Source: Methyloradius palustris | Lineage (GTDB): Bacteria; Pseudomonadota; Gammaproteobacteria; Burkholderiales; Methylophilaceae | Assembly (NCBI RefSeq): GCF_019703875.1 | Contig: NZ_AP024110.1 | Location: 2,455,912-2,519,911, forward strand | Length of the DNA: 64,000 nucleotides | Direction of reading: 5' to 3' | Part shown: one piece after another, positions 29,712 through 39,232 of the stretch | Numbering within the stretch: position 1 is the stretch's first letter | Layout of the letters: the number at the start of each line of letters is the position of its first letter | Notes under the pieces: model-generated | Told to the model about the DNA's origin: nothing | Databases searched by the model: none | What the model saw: the letters and a program-made list of their open reading frames with translations, nothing else | Program-made: the position numbers and the translations under genes

Positions 29712-30608
29712 ATGCGCGTGTTGGTATTAGGTGGTCGAGGATTTATTGGCAGACATATTGTTGCTTCACTGCTGAATCAGGGCGCAAAAATTATCATTAG
29801 TAGTCGTAAAGCAGACCCAACATCTCCGACTTATGTGAGCGTGAGGATGCAAGAGATGACTAATCCAGCAGATTGGATAAAAGTCGTTGCTAGCTACGAT
29901 GTAGTCGTGAATTCGGTCGGGATTTTGCGCGAACGCTGGAAAGAGACTTATGACGCAGTGCACAGGCAGGCACCTATGGCGCTAGCTGCAGCCTGCAAAA
30001 GTCAAGGAATACGCCTGATCCACATCTCGGCATTAAGTTTATCGGCAAATGCACAAAGCCGCTTCATTCGATCAAAGCTCAGTGGCGAGCAAGCGTTATT
30101 GGCCAGCGGGGCAGACTTGGCGATAGTTCGCCCATCCCTGCTTGATGGCGAGGGCGGATTCGGAGCACAGTGGATAAGGCGTGTAGCCAGATCACCAATC
30201 TATGCTGTAATGAAAACCAAGGGCGTGATTGCTCCACTCAAAGTCAGCGACTTGGGCGACGCTATTGCCAGGCTCTGTTTCATGCGACAACTGCCATCCA
30301 ATGAAATAGAATTGGGCGGCAATAACGTCATCAGCATGCGCGAATATCTGGCTAGATTGAGGCGTGAATATACAAGCTACAAAGCGTATGTATTAGAAGT
30401 ACCAGTCTGGATGGTCAGGCTCAGCAGCCACATTTTAGACTTGCTACAGCTGACGCCATTATCATTCGGACATGTTGAATTGATGCAAGGCTACAATGCA
30501 CCAAAGATTAATCTGCTAGCAAGTCTGATAGGCAGAAAACCAGCCGTGGTGGGCATTGTTGAAGATAGACAAACAGAAAGCAAGCTCATGCCGACTGCCA
30601 TAGATTAA
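29712..30608 (+). CDS. NAD(P)-binding Rossmann protein (atypical SDR / NmrA-epimerase-like)
   Basis: VLVLGGRGFIGRHIV glycine-rich NAD-binding motif; 298 aa. Confidence 0.7.
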   Translation: MRVLVLGGRGFIGRHIVASLLNQGAKIIISSRKADPTSPTYVSVRMQEMTNPADWIKVVASYDVVVNSVGILRERWKETYDAVHRQAPMALAAACKSQGIRLIHISALSLSANAQSRFIRSKLSGEQALLASGADLAIVRPSLLDGEGGFGAQWIRRVARSPIYAVMKTKGVIAPLKVSDLGDAIARLCFMRQLPSNEIELGGNNVISMREYLARLRREYTSYKAYVLEVPVWMVRLSSHILDLLQLTPLSFGHVELMQGYNAPKINLLASLIGRKPAVVGIVEDRQTESKLMPTAID

Positions 30609-30656
30609 TGATGCAATCGTGCAATAGCACTGCATTAAATTATTAGAGAGAATGAA

Positions 30657-31235
30657 ATGAAAACCACAAAACATCTAGCATTGCATCTGAATATTGCTTT
30701 ACTTGGTATCGTCTGCTTAACGCTAGCCTCTTGCAAAACTGTCAACATTGAGGCATCCAGTAAAGCTGGTTATGTAGCACTGCCTATATTTCCGGGATGG
30801 GTAGACAAGCACTTGATCCATTACATCACCACCGACGTAAATGATCAGGCCGTTGCCAAAGAGATCGGGGTGAATTATGTATCGAGATTCAATGAAGTCT
30901 TGCCAGCAGCAGGCAGAATGCCTAGTACTCATAACGCAGTTGAACGTATTTATGCAGTGACCAATTTCAAGCAAGCCAAAGTTTTGCCTTCTGCACCATA
31001 TCCTATTGGCGGGAATAGCTCAGATACCGCCTATAGCCCGATCTGGCGCATGTATAACGTCACTTGGGTTGAGGGTACAAGCCCTTATGAATTGCAATCA
31101 GAGGAAGAAATTCTTCAAGCAGAAGATAAGAAGCTGGTGAAGATTTTAGCCACCAGTTTGATTGTTAATTGTGCCGTGATTGATGATAAATCAGGCAATG
31201 TTTTGCCAAGTGCAAGGTTAATCAGAAAGCCATAA
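30657..31235 (+). CDS. hypothetical lipoprotein
   Basis: 192 aa; signal peptide with LASC lipobox; no recognisable domain. Confidence 0.5.
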   Translation: MKTTKHLALHLNIALLGIVCLTLASCKTVNIEASSKAGYVALPIFPGWVDKHLIHYITTDVNDQAVAKEIGVNYVSRFNEVLPAAGRMPSTHNAVERIYAVTNFKQAKVLPSAPYPIGGNSSDTAYSPIWRMYNVTWVEGTSPYELQSEEEILQAEDKKLVKILATSLIVNCAVIDDKSGNVLPSARLIRKP

Positions 31236-31270
31236 TAAAAAAGCCACATTTAGGTGGGGCTTTTTTATTA
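31236..31270. terminator. bidirectional terminator between convergent genes
   Basis: AAAAAGCCAC-atttag-GTGGGGCTTTTTT: A-run, stem, T-run. Confidence 0.6.
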
Positions 31271-31289
31271 TGGAGTAACGGCTACCAAT

Positions 31290-32717
31290 CTATTCTTTAA
31301 CTTTGCCACTCTCGCCGGTGAGCTTATCAAGCAGGCTCTTACCTGTATCGGTATTAGCAAATGCTTCAAGCATAGAACCTATGCTGGTACCGCCCTGTGA
31401 GCTGAATAGATCAAGCACTTTATTCATACCTGAATTAACTGAGCCAGCATTGGCAATGACTTTAATATCTGCTTTTTCAAGCGCCTTTGCCTGCTCTATA
31501 CCCACCGCTATCATGGCATCGAACTGTTTTAGAGTTGTCAGATATTGTTGGTAATTCTGGTTCTCACCAATCTTGTTGGCCAGCTCAATCTGGGCAGCGA
31601 CTGGTGCCAATTGGAGTTCTTTTTCAGCCACTGCACGGGCAAGTCCTTCGGCTTCAATACCTTCAGCCTCAAACTTCTTCGCCTGGTATTTACCATCGGC
31701 AATTAGCACAGTTGAAGCCTTCTCACCATCAGCTTTAAGCCGCACAGACTCTTTTTCAGCTTCAGCATCAATTAGCTTGGTGGTCTTGGCCGCTTCTGCA
31801 TTAATCACGTTGGTATCACGCGCTTTTTCTGCATTCACAATCTGCACTTTCTTGTCGATCTCAGCCTGAGCCACCTCAGTCACTTGCTTGACCTCCATCT
31901 CTTTCGAGGCCGTTACCTTTTTCTGGTCTGTAATCGATTGTGTGGATTGTTCCTGCGCGATACCAACTTCACGATCTTTCTCTGCGGTGCGTAATCCCAC
32001 CTGTTGCAGCGCATCTTGCTTCTTCACATCGGTTTCGCGCTTGGCTTCAATTTCCGAGATTTCAGCGAGTTTAAGATTTTTAGCGACTTCAATACGGCTT
32101 TCCATCTCGATCATGGATTTCTTTTTCTCCATGATATTTTTGATGACGGTAGAACCTTGAGCATCACGAATATCCATCAACTCAACACTTTTCACAGTGC
32201 TAACTCCCCATGACCTTAAGTTGTCATCGACTTCCTTGGTGAAAGCATCACCGAATTTCGCACGGTCTTGCATGATAGATTCAATATCATTGGTAGCTAA
32301 TATGCTACGTATGCAGCCCTTCAGAATATCGTTTAATTGGCCACGCATTTCACTGAATGATGAAACACGTTGCGCCGCAGTATTGCTATCACTGATACGG
32401 AAAAAGGCCTTTACGTCCAACACAAACGGCAAACGCCCTTGGTCATAAGCCTCGTAATCTGTCAGCTCTTCTGTAAAAACGGATACTGGGTATTTGGATA
32501 CCAATACGCCAATAACTGGAAGCCAGGAAGGAAACTCATAATAAGTATTGCCTGCCGCCAAGCCATTTCCATAAGAAACTGATTTCTTGCTCGACTGCAC
32601 AATATGCACTTCATTAGTGGCAACGACACGCCGTAAAAAAAATGTAATAAGTACCAAAATGAATACAACAGCAGCGCCATAAACATAGCCGTTCAATAAA
32701 ATATCATCCATAACCAC
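31290..32717 (-). CDS. flotillin-like SPFH/band-7 protein (YqiK-like)
   Basis: 475 aa; N-terminal TM; SPFH domain; long A/E/K-rich coiled coil. Confidence 0.8.
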   Translation of the reverse strand: MVMDDILLNGYVYGAAVVFILVLITFFLRRVVATNEVHIVQSSKKSVSYGNGLAAGNTYYEFPSWLPVIGVLVSKYPVSVFTEELTDYEAYDQGRLPFVLDVKAFFRISDSNTAAQRVSSFSEMRGQLNDILKGCIRSILATNDIESIMQDRAKFGDAFTKEVDDNLRSWGVSTVKSVELMDIRDAQGSTVIKNIMEKKKSMIEMESRIEVAKNLKLAEISEIEAKRETDVKKQDALQQVGLRTAEKDREVGIAQEQSTQSITDQKKVTASKEMEVKQVTEVAQAEIDKKVQIVNAEKARDTNVINAEAAKTTKLIDAEAEKESVRLKADGEKASTVLIADGKYQAKKFEAEGIEAEGLARAVAEKELQLAPVAAQIELANKIGENQNYQQYLTTLKQFDAMIAVGIEQAKALEKADIKVIANAGSVNSGMNKVLDLFSSQGGTSIGSMLEAFANTDTGKSLLDKLTGESGKVKE

Positions 32718-33050
32718 CCCTTTAAAATTGAGTTACTGCATAGATTCAAAAGCCAATACTCACTGCAAAATTCTTTTTGAGTTTAATCACCATTGATACA
32801 ACTGGTTTATTGAGTCTTAAGTGACTTCTTGAATAATAACTTGCCAAGGATTTCTTAGCATTGCAATCTCAATGCTTCATCATGATTAATTATTGATAGC
32901 TCTCAAACAACAGGCAATCCAAAGTTCAAATATTTTGAATATATAAGACTAAATTTTCCGTTTTTATTTAATTATCTTACGGTGGATACTGTATCCGTCG
33001 AGTATACATACTAGCAATTATTTGAATATGTGATGCAGCAGAGGTTAACC

Positions 33051-33755
33051 ATGCAATTACTAGAAAATATAACTCCAAGCACAGCAGCGCAAACTGGGCC
33101 GCTGAATAGACTGGAGTTTATTGATGCCTGCAAGTTACCCACTCAATGGGCAAATTTCACCCTGCACGCCTTTCTGGAACATGCGACAGGCAAAGAGCAT
33201 CTGGTGCTGACCTTGGGCGAACTATCAAACGCTAATTCGGCAAACGATAGCCCGGTATTAGCACGTGTGCATTCAGAATGCCTGACGGGTGATGCCCTTT
33301 TCAGCCAGCGTTGCGACTGCGGTGCGCAACTGGAAAAGGCCATGCAAAACATTGCTAAAGAAGGCCGCGGCATGATTCTCTACCTGCGCCAGGAAGGTCG
33401 TGGCATCGGCCTGCTGAACAAGATTCACGCTTATCACTTACAAGATGAAGGTGCAGATACGGTAGGTGCTAACCAAGCGCTGGGTTTTGCTGCAGACTTG
33501 CGTGACTATAGCTTGTGCAAAGACCTGCTCGCACATTTTCAAGTATCGCAGCTATGCCTGATGACCAATAACCCGGCTAAGGTAGAAGCACTGCAAAACC
33601 TGGGGATAGAAATCAATGAACGCATTCCGCTGATTACTGGCCTGACGCCTCATAATTTGCGTTACTTGGGCACCAAGGCGAAAAAACTTGGTCATGTTAT
33701 ACCTGAGCACCTTTTATCAAGCCAAACCTTATCAAACCAGAAAGATGCAGCATGA
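33051..33755 (+). CDS. ribA: GTP cyclohydrolase II
   Basis: CxxC...C zinc motif (ECLTGDALFSQRCDCG) and RQEGRGIGL signature; start placed at the ATG with GAGGT RBS. Confidence 0.85.
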   Translation: MQLLENITPSTAAQTGPLNRLEFIDACKLPTQWANFTLHAFLEHATGKEHLVLTLGELSNANSANDSPVLARVHSECLTGDALFSQRCDCGAQLEKAMQNIAKEGRGMILYLRQEGRGIGLLNKIHAYHLQDEGADTVGANQALGFAADLRDYSLCKDLLAHFQVSQLCLMTNNPAKVEALQNLGIEINERIPLITGLTPHNLRYLGTKAKKLGHVIPEHLLSSQTLSNQKDAA

Positions 33756-34303
33756 AGATGGCACCAAAACAGTACACCCTACTTGCTATCGGATTGCACT
33801 GGTGGATTGCGTTGCTGATTTTTATCGCATTCCCACTTGGCATTTACATGCACGACCTGCCATTTTCGCCCACCAAGCTCAAGCTCTTTAGCTGGCATAA
33901 ATGGATAGGCGTTACCGTATTCCTGTTTGTTGTCGTGCGTATTTACTGGCGCTTACGTCATAGCCCGCCTGCCCTGCCAGAGAGTATTGCCAGTTGGCAG
34001 AAACTAGCCACCCATGCTGCTCACGGCCTATTATATTTGCTGATGATTGCCATTCCATTATCTGGCTGGCTTATGAGTTCAGCCAAAGGCTTTCAGACTG
34101 TCTGGTTTGGCGTGCTGCCTATCCCAGACCTACTGGGCAAGGATAAAGAGCTTGGCAACTTGCTCGCCATTGTGCACAAGACCTTGAATTTCAGCCTGCT
34201 GGCATTAGTAATCTTGCATGTGCTGGCCGCGCTCAAACACCATTTCATCGACAAAGATATTATTCTGCGTCGCATGTTATCCAACCGTGCAGGAGAAAAA
34301 TAA
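33752..34303 (+). CDS. cytochrome b561 (CybB-like)
   Basis: 183 aa; 4 TM with conserved His (GLHWWIALL, HKWIG, HGLLYLLM, LHVLAALKHHF). Confidence 0.85.
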   Translation: MKMAPKQYTLLAIGLHWWIALLIFIAFPLGIYMHDLPFSPTKLKLFSWHKWIGVTVFLFVVVRIYWRLRHSPPALPESIASWQKLATHAAHGLLYLLMIAIPLSGWLMSSAKGFQTVWFGVLPIPDLLGKDKELGNLLAIVHKTLNFSLLALVILHVLAALKHHFIDKDIILRRMLSNRAGEK

Positions 34304-34881
34304 TGAAAACTTCTTACCTCAAATACCTCGCTCTGATCGGCCTGTTTGTCAGCACCACTTATGCCCAGGCAGCAGAATTCAACCAGGTACTGGCCGACAA
34401 AAGCACCATCAGCTTTGGTTACAAGCAAATGAGCGTGCCGCTGGATGGAAAATTCAAGAAGTTTAGCGCCCAGATTGATTTCGATTCGACTAAGCCAGAA
34501 CAGGCTCAGGCCAAATTTGATATCGATGTTGCAAGTATCGATACTGGTTCGAGCGAAGGGGATGACGAGGTGGTCGGCAAAGTCTGGTTTAACGCCAAAG
34601 CCTTCCCCAAAGCCAGCTTTATCTCCACCAGCGTTAAATCGCTGGGTGCCAATCGTTTTGAGGTGCAAGGCAAGCTCACCATCAAAGGTAAAACTTTACT
34701 AGTCTCAGCCCCTTTCACCTTCAAACCAGATGGTGCCAATGCCATATTTGATGGCGCTTTCAATATCAAACGTAATGACTACGCCATAGGCGAAGGCGAA
34801 TGGGCTGATGAAAGCACCATCGCCAACCAGATTCAGATCAAGTTTCACATCACCGTAGCCCCCGCTGTGGCGAAAAAATAA
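34303..34881 (+). CDS. YceI-family periplasmic protein
   Basis: Signal peptide plus YceI-like lipocalin pattern; follows cybB as in E. coli yceJ-yceI. Confidence 0.85.
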   Translation: MKTSYLKYLALIGLFVSTTYAQAAEFNQVLADKSTISFGYKQMSVPLDGKFKKFSAQIDFDSTKPEQAQAKFDIDVASIDTGSSEGDDEVVGKVWFNAKAFPKASFISTSVKSLGANRFEVQGKLTIKGKTLLVSAPFTFKPDGANAIFDGAFNIKRNDYAIGEGEWADESTIANQIQIKFHITVAPAVAKK

Positions 34882-34941
34882 GTGCAGGAATTTTTATACC
34901 CCAAAGTTTTAACCATTGCTTTAACCCTAAGGAGAATCACC

Positions 34942-35514
34942 ATGAAGAAACTAGCTTTAGCCACTGTTGTTGCAGCATTACTTTCATCAGCAACATCGTT
35001 TGCCGCACCAGAAACCTACAATATCGATAGCACCCACAGCATGCCACGCTTTGAATACAGCCATTTTGGCTATTCAACCCAGCTGAGCCGCTTTGACAAA
35101 GCGACTGGCAAGATCACCATAGACCGTGCCGCCAAGACTGGTAGCGTGGATGTAGTGATTGACGCCACGACCGTTGATAGTGGCTTCCCGCTATTCAACA
35201 CCCACCTCCAAGATGAAGACTTCTTCAATACCGCCAAGTACCCAACCATCACCTTCAAATCCACCAGCGTAAAATTTGATGGCGACAAGGTAGCCTCTGT
35301 TGATGGTGACCTGACTGTAAAAGGTGTTACAAAACCAGTGACACTGACCTTGCAATCCTTCTTCTGCATGCCACACCCAATGCTGAAAAAAGACGCATGC
35401 GGCGCAACAGCAACCACGAAAATCAAGCGTACCGACTTCAATATGGGCAAATACGTGCCATACGTGAGTGATGAAGTCACGCTGACCATACCAGTAGAAG
35501 CAGTTAAAGAATAA
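34942..35514 (+). CDS. YceI-family periplasmic protein (second paralogue)
   Basis: Start at MKKLALATVV with AAGGAG RBS; YceI pattern. Confidence 0.85.
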   Translation: MKKLALATVVAALLSSATSFAAPETYNIDSTHSMPRFEYSHFGYSTQLSRFDKATGKITIDRAAKTGSVDVVIDATTVDSGFPLFNTHLQDEDFFNTAKYPTITFKSTSVKFDGDKVASVDGDLTVKGVTKPVTLTLQSFFCMPHPMLKKDACGATATTKIKRTDFNMGKYVPYVSDEVTLTIPVEAVKE

Positions 35515-35543
35515 TTAAGCATCACCAGCTCTGTTCGCAGACC

Positions 35544-35572
35544 AAAAAAGGCCGCATATGCGGCCTTTTTTC
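35544..35572 (+). terminator. rho-independent (bidirectional) terminator
   Basis: AAAAAA-GGCCGCATATGCGGCC-TTTTTT perfect hairpin; near-identical to the hairpin at 39186-39201. Confidence 0.85.
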
Positions 35573-35752
35573 ATTCCAATATTTATAATCAACTGACAGA
35601 CTCTATATACCGAACTGAACCTAGCATCGTCAATTAACTAATAAGCATATGTTTTTATTGTCAAAAAACTATTTGATAAAACAAATACTGTAGATAGTGA
35701 TTATTTATACGAAAATACAGTACAGAACACATATAAATGAAATCGAGAGCAC

Positions 35753-36241
35753 TTGAATAATACAGCGTTGATTTTCTTCGATACTGAGTTTACCGAACTT
35801 GGTGTTGATCCCCGATTGATTTCTATTGGCCTGGTATCCGAAGACGGCAAACATAGCTTTTACGCTGAGTTAAGTGATACCTATAAGAAGACAGACTGTA
35901 GTGATTTTGCGGAAGAGTTTGTTCTTCCCCTTTTACAGGGCGGCCATGTATTGATGTCCATGGGAGTTCTCAGCGAACGCCTTGCCAATTGGCTAGAATC
36001 GTTTGGTAGGCCAGTGCAATTAGTCACGGATTCGCTAGCCTGGGATTGGCCTTGGATTACCGAGATATTTGAAGGCATAAATACTTGGCCAGCTAATCTT
36101 GATCGCACGCCATTCATTCTTGAACAGAGTGTAGAACTTAATAATGCCATTGACCTTGCCATAGGCAGAGGTTTACGTAGGCATCATGCATTAGATGATG
36201 CTAAAGCCAACCGCTTGGGTTACCTAGCCTACCAAAGCTAA
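35753..36241 (+). CDS. small DEDDh 3'-5' exonuclease (Rv2179c-like)
   Basis: 162 aa; DxE motif (FFDTEFT) and H-x4-D motif (HHALDDA); apparent TTG start. Confidence 0.6.
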   Translation: MNNTALIFFDTEFTELGVDPRLISIGLVSEDGKHSFYAELSDTYKKTDCSDFAEEFVLPLLQGGHVLMSMGVLSERLANWLESFGRPVQLVTDSLAWDWPWITEIFEGINTWPANLDRTPFILEQSVELNNAIDLAIGRGLRRHHALDDAKANRLGYLAYQS

Positions 36242-36252
36242 GCATTACTGAC

Positions 36253-36585
36253 ATGACAGAATTTACTGATTTCTTAGGTGAAGTATTCAAGCAGTTTGGT
36301 GTTGTGAATACCAGAAGAATGTTTGGTGGGCATGGTTTGTATCATGATGGCGTCATGTTTGGATTAGTCATTGATGAATTGCTCTATCTCAAAGCAGATA
36401 CATCAATCTCCCACTATTTCGAAGCAAGAAACTTGGGGCAATTTGAATATATGCGAGGCGATAGGATCGTGAAATTGTCTTACTACCTCGCCCCTGAGGA
36501 AGTATTTGATGATGTTGATCAAGCGGCCATTTGGGCTCGTCGATCATTTGAAGTGGCTTTTTGGAGCAAAAAAGCACAAAAATAA
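36253..36585 (+). CDS. TfoX/Sxy N-terminal-domain protein
   Basis: 110 aa; RRMFGGHGLYHDGVMFGLVIDELLYLKAD matches the TfoX_N fold; 11 nt after the exonuclease gene. Confidence 0.65.
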   Translation: MTEFTDFLGEVFKQFGVVNTRRMFGGHGLYHDGVMFGLVIDELLYLKADTSISHYFEARNLGQFEYMRGDRIVKLSYYLAPEEVFDDVDQAAIWARRSFEVAFWSKKAQK

Positions 36586-36677
36586 ATATTGAGAATACGA
36601 CTGCTATCGACGGCGGATTCAAGCAGTCATTAGACATACTGCTTGAATATGGCTTAGGCGCTTTCTAAAGATGCAGG

Positions 36678-36890
36678 CTATTTTTGACCTGATCGTTCTT
36701 TTTCATATTCTTCATATGATTTCTTATTGAGATTTTCTAAACATCTTTCGCTTTCGCCTGGAGGTTGATTACGACAATTATTTTCAGCACCTCTTTTTGC
36801 TCCTTCGTACCAAGACTGTGTCGTGCAACCAGCGATGCTAAAAATGAAAAGGCTGGTACAGACAATTACCATGGATTGTTTTGTCTTCAT
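36678..36890 (-). CDS. small hypothetical lipoprotein
   Basis: 70 aa; signal peptide with IAGC lipobox; 4 Cys in mature part. Confidence 0.4.
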   Translation of the reverse strand: MKTKQSMVIVCTSLFIFSIAGCTTQSWYEGAKRGAENNCRNQPPGESERCLENLNKKSYEEYEKERSGQK

Positions 36891-37032
36891 TGCACGTTGC
36901 TTTCAGGTTTAAAATTCAATTTCAGAGTCGTCATTCGACCCATAGCGGCCACTGATAAAGAAATCACAAAGATGGATAAATCAATGAAAAACGCCCCAAT
37001 AAATGGGGCGCTTCATATCAATTAGTACCTAA

Positions 37033-37659
37033 TTAGAACTTGTAAACTAAACCAGCGCTAACTAAGTTCACATTTGATTCGCCAGTACTATCGCTGTTTC
37101 CAAGCTTGTTAAAAAACTCGTATTCAGCACGAATACCAACGGTCTCATTCAGATTGTATGTAGCACCAAAACCAATGGTTGGTTTAACATCAGTTGAGCT
37201 AGCAGAGGCCGATGCTGTTCCGCCAGGACCTGTTGCTACAACACTTGCTTTTACGCGCGCATCGATAATACCGATTTTACCAAATACAGAAAAATCATTA
37301 TTGATTGGGTAGATATAAACTACAGAGAGGTTAACACCGCGGGCTTTAGCTTCTGCATTAGCATTTCCACCAGTATAGCTGGCTGAATAACTAGTTTTGC
37401 CAAGATCGATATAACCGCCTTCAATAGCAAGATTTTCTGTGAATTGATAACCAAGTTGCAATTTGTAACCAACATCGCTTTCATCAGTTGATGAATTTAA
37501 TCCTGTTACGCCAGCAGAAACCAACTGACTGTCAATTGATCCCTTATCAAGATCTAATTTAGACCAGCCCACAGAACCAACAGCGTAAAAACCATCTGCT
37601 GCATATGCTGGTGCAATTGTAAGTGTTGAAAGAACTGCCAATAGAGCTAATTTCTTCAT
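37033..37659 (-). CDS. small outer-membrane beta-barrel protein (OmpA-like/OmpW-like 8-strand barrel)
   Basis: 208 aa; signal peptide; alternating amphipathic strands; C-terminal ...GLVYKF. Confidence 0.7.
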   Translation of the reverse strand: MKKLALLAVLSTLTIAPAYAADGFYAVGSVGWSKLDLDKGSIDSQLVSAGVTGLNSSTDESDVGYKLQLGYQFTENLAIEGGYIDLGKTSYSASYTGGNANAEAKARGVNLSVVYIYPINNDFSVFGKIGIIDARVKASVVATGPGGTASASASSTDVKPTIGFGATYNLNETVGIRAEYEFFNKLGNSDSTGESNVNLVSAGLVYKF

Positions 37660-37845
37660 TTTTATTATTCCCTAGATAATTAAATGTGATATTTGAATAC
37701 AACTGAGTAATTACTCAATTGCGAGGATACTATGAAATTAAATGCTATTTATTACTTCTCAAAGAAATTTTGTTCGGATAAAGGCTTCTACCGACCCATA
37801 CCAATCATTCACAAAAGCACTGGTATGGTGACAAATTTAAATTAG

Positions 37846-38319
37846 TTATTTTGATGAGGCGTTGGTGTTTGGCGATTCCAAGGCCATTTTGCATTCAAGC
37901 ACGCCTTTCTTACCTACCTCTTCAGATACAGCTTCTAGACCAGCACCGCCAACAAAAACACCCATTTTGATGTATTGACGAACAAAGTAATTCACACCTT
38001 TTTGGAATTCTACTGATATCTGATTATCGCTAAATTCTGACTCTGTACTTATAACGTGCGTGCCTGGCGATATCTCTTTGTAAAAGTAAGTGTTGGGAGC
38101 TGACTCACCAATAATAACTCCATCGATCGTAACCACTTTTTTTAATGCGCTACCGAAAGAGCTATTTCTATATACATACAGTCCAGATTTTCCTTCTGAG
38201 GGGGCTGAGAAGCTCTTCTTTGCCTTATCTGTATCTACTGATGCCATTGGTACCGAAGCACAACCAGTTAAATGTAAAGACGCAATGACTACGATTGAAG
38301 TTATTATTTTTTTTAACAT
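37846..38319 (-). CDS. hypothetical lipoprotein (DUF2846-like)
   Basis: 157 aa; LTGC lipobox. Confidence 0.5.
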   Translation of the reverse strand: MLKKIITSIVVIASLHLTGCASVPMASVDTDKAKKSFSAPSEGKSGLYVYRNSSFGSALKKVVTIDGVIIGESAPNTYFYKEISPGTHVISTESEFSDNQISVEFQKGVNYFVRQYIKMGVFVGGAGLEAVSEEVGKKGVLECKMALESPNTNASSK

Positions 38320-38412
38320 GATTTCCCCGTTTTATTGATAAATATTAAAGTTTGATTTTATGGAATAGATTACTAATTAATTACAGATTAACTAACTAGA
38401 TTATTTCTATTT

Positions 38413-38859
38413 TCATTTGCTGACAGTTTCTGTTGCAGCTGGCAAAGCAGGTGTGGTTAGGCCTACAGCATTTTCAATATTGTGTAGTACAACTGTAATG
38501 TTGTCGGGATAATTGAATCCAGCCCCTGTGTTTCTATCTACGATATAGCCAATCCCTCCGCCTGCGATGATATTGCCCCATACGGCACCATTGCTTTTCG
38601 ATACCAGAGTTTCATGGCCAACAACATTCCCATCTTTGCTGCAATCAATCGCTAAATCACCCGTGCTTTTATGCACTGTCACACTGCCTGGACTAGTTAC
38701 GAACCATTTACCCGCATCATTCATAAGAGTGCAACCGACCCCTTGAACTTCTTTATTGTCTTGGATAGTTTGAAGGGAGATTGGTTGTATCTTTTCTCCC
38801 GTGATTGATGCGCAACCTGTAACAGCTAGCATGGCTGAAATTGCAAGCAGGTTCTTCAT
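38413..38859 (-). CDS. hypothetical lipoprotein
   Basis: 148 aa; VTGC lipobox; Gly-rich. Confidence 0.5.
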   Translation of the reverse strand: MKNLLAISAMLAVTGCASITGEKIQPISLQTIQDNKEVQGVGCTLMNDAGKWFVTSPGSVTVHKSTGDLAIDCSKDGNVVGHETLVSKSNGAVWGNIIAGGGIGYIVDRNTGAGFNYPDNITVVLHNIENAVGLTTPALPAATETVSK

Positions 38860-39177
38860 TTATTTCCCCTTTTATACTGTAGAAAAAGGCGCTGCAGCGC
38901 CGCCAAACATTGATGCATCTATCTTTATAACTTTATTGAGTGCTCATCAATTAAGAGCAGTTGAAACTTACTTATTATTAATCTATTAAATCACTGAACC
39001 ACATACTATTTAAGAAAATATTCTCTGGCAAATATTTTTAATACTTTACAGATAAATAAAAATGAAATGACCGCTATTGGCCGTTAGCAGACTCTTCACT
39101 CAATTTACATTAATCATTAATTCAGGATTGAATTCAGCGTTTTTTTGAATATGTTCCTGAACATACCCGTTTTACAA

Positions 39178-39208
39178 GAGAAAAAGGCCGCATAAGCGGC
39201 CTTTTATC
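39178..39208 (-). terminator. ssb rho-independent (bidirectional) terminator
   Basis: GGCCGCATAAGCGGCC hairpin flanked by A-run/T-run, about 30 nt after the ssb stop. Confidence 0.85.
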
Positions 39209-39232
39209 CTTACAGTTTAATTTTGATACGAG

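Noticed and set aside
32718-33050. Possible FMN riboswitch in the long leader upstream of ribA
   Set aside because: No match to the conserved FMN aptamer segments was visible by eye. Only a weak imperfect dyad (ACGGTGGATAC..GTATCCGTCG) is present. An Rfam scan is needed to be certain.
35544-39208. Islet as a mobile element, prophage remnant or integrative element
   Set aside because: There is no integrase, transposase, tRNA target, direct-repeat att sites or phage genes. Only composition and bracketing hairpins mark it, so it is reported as a finding rather than as a mobile_element feature.
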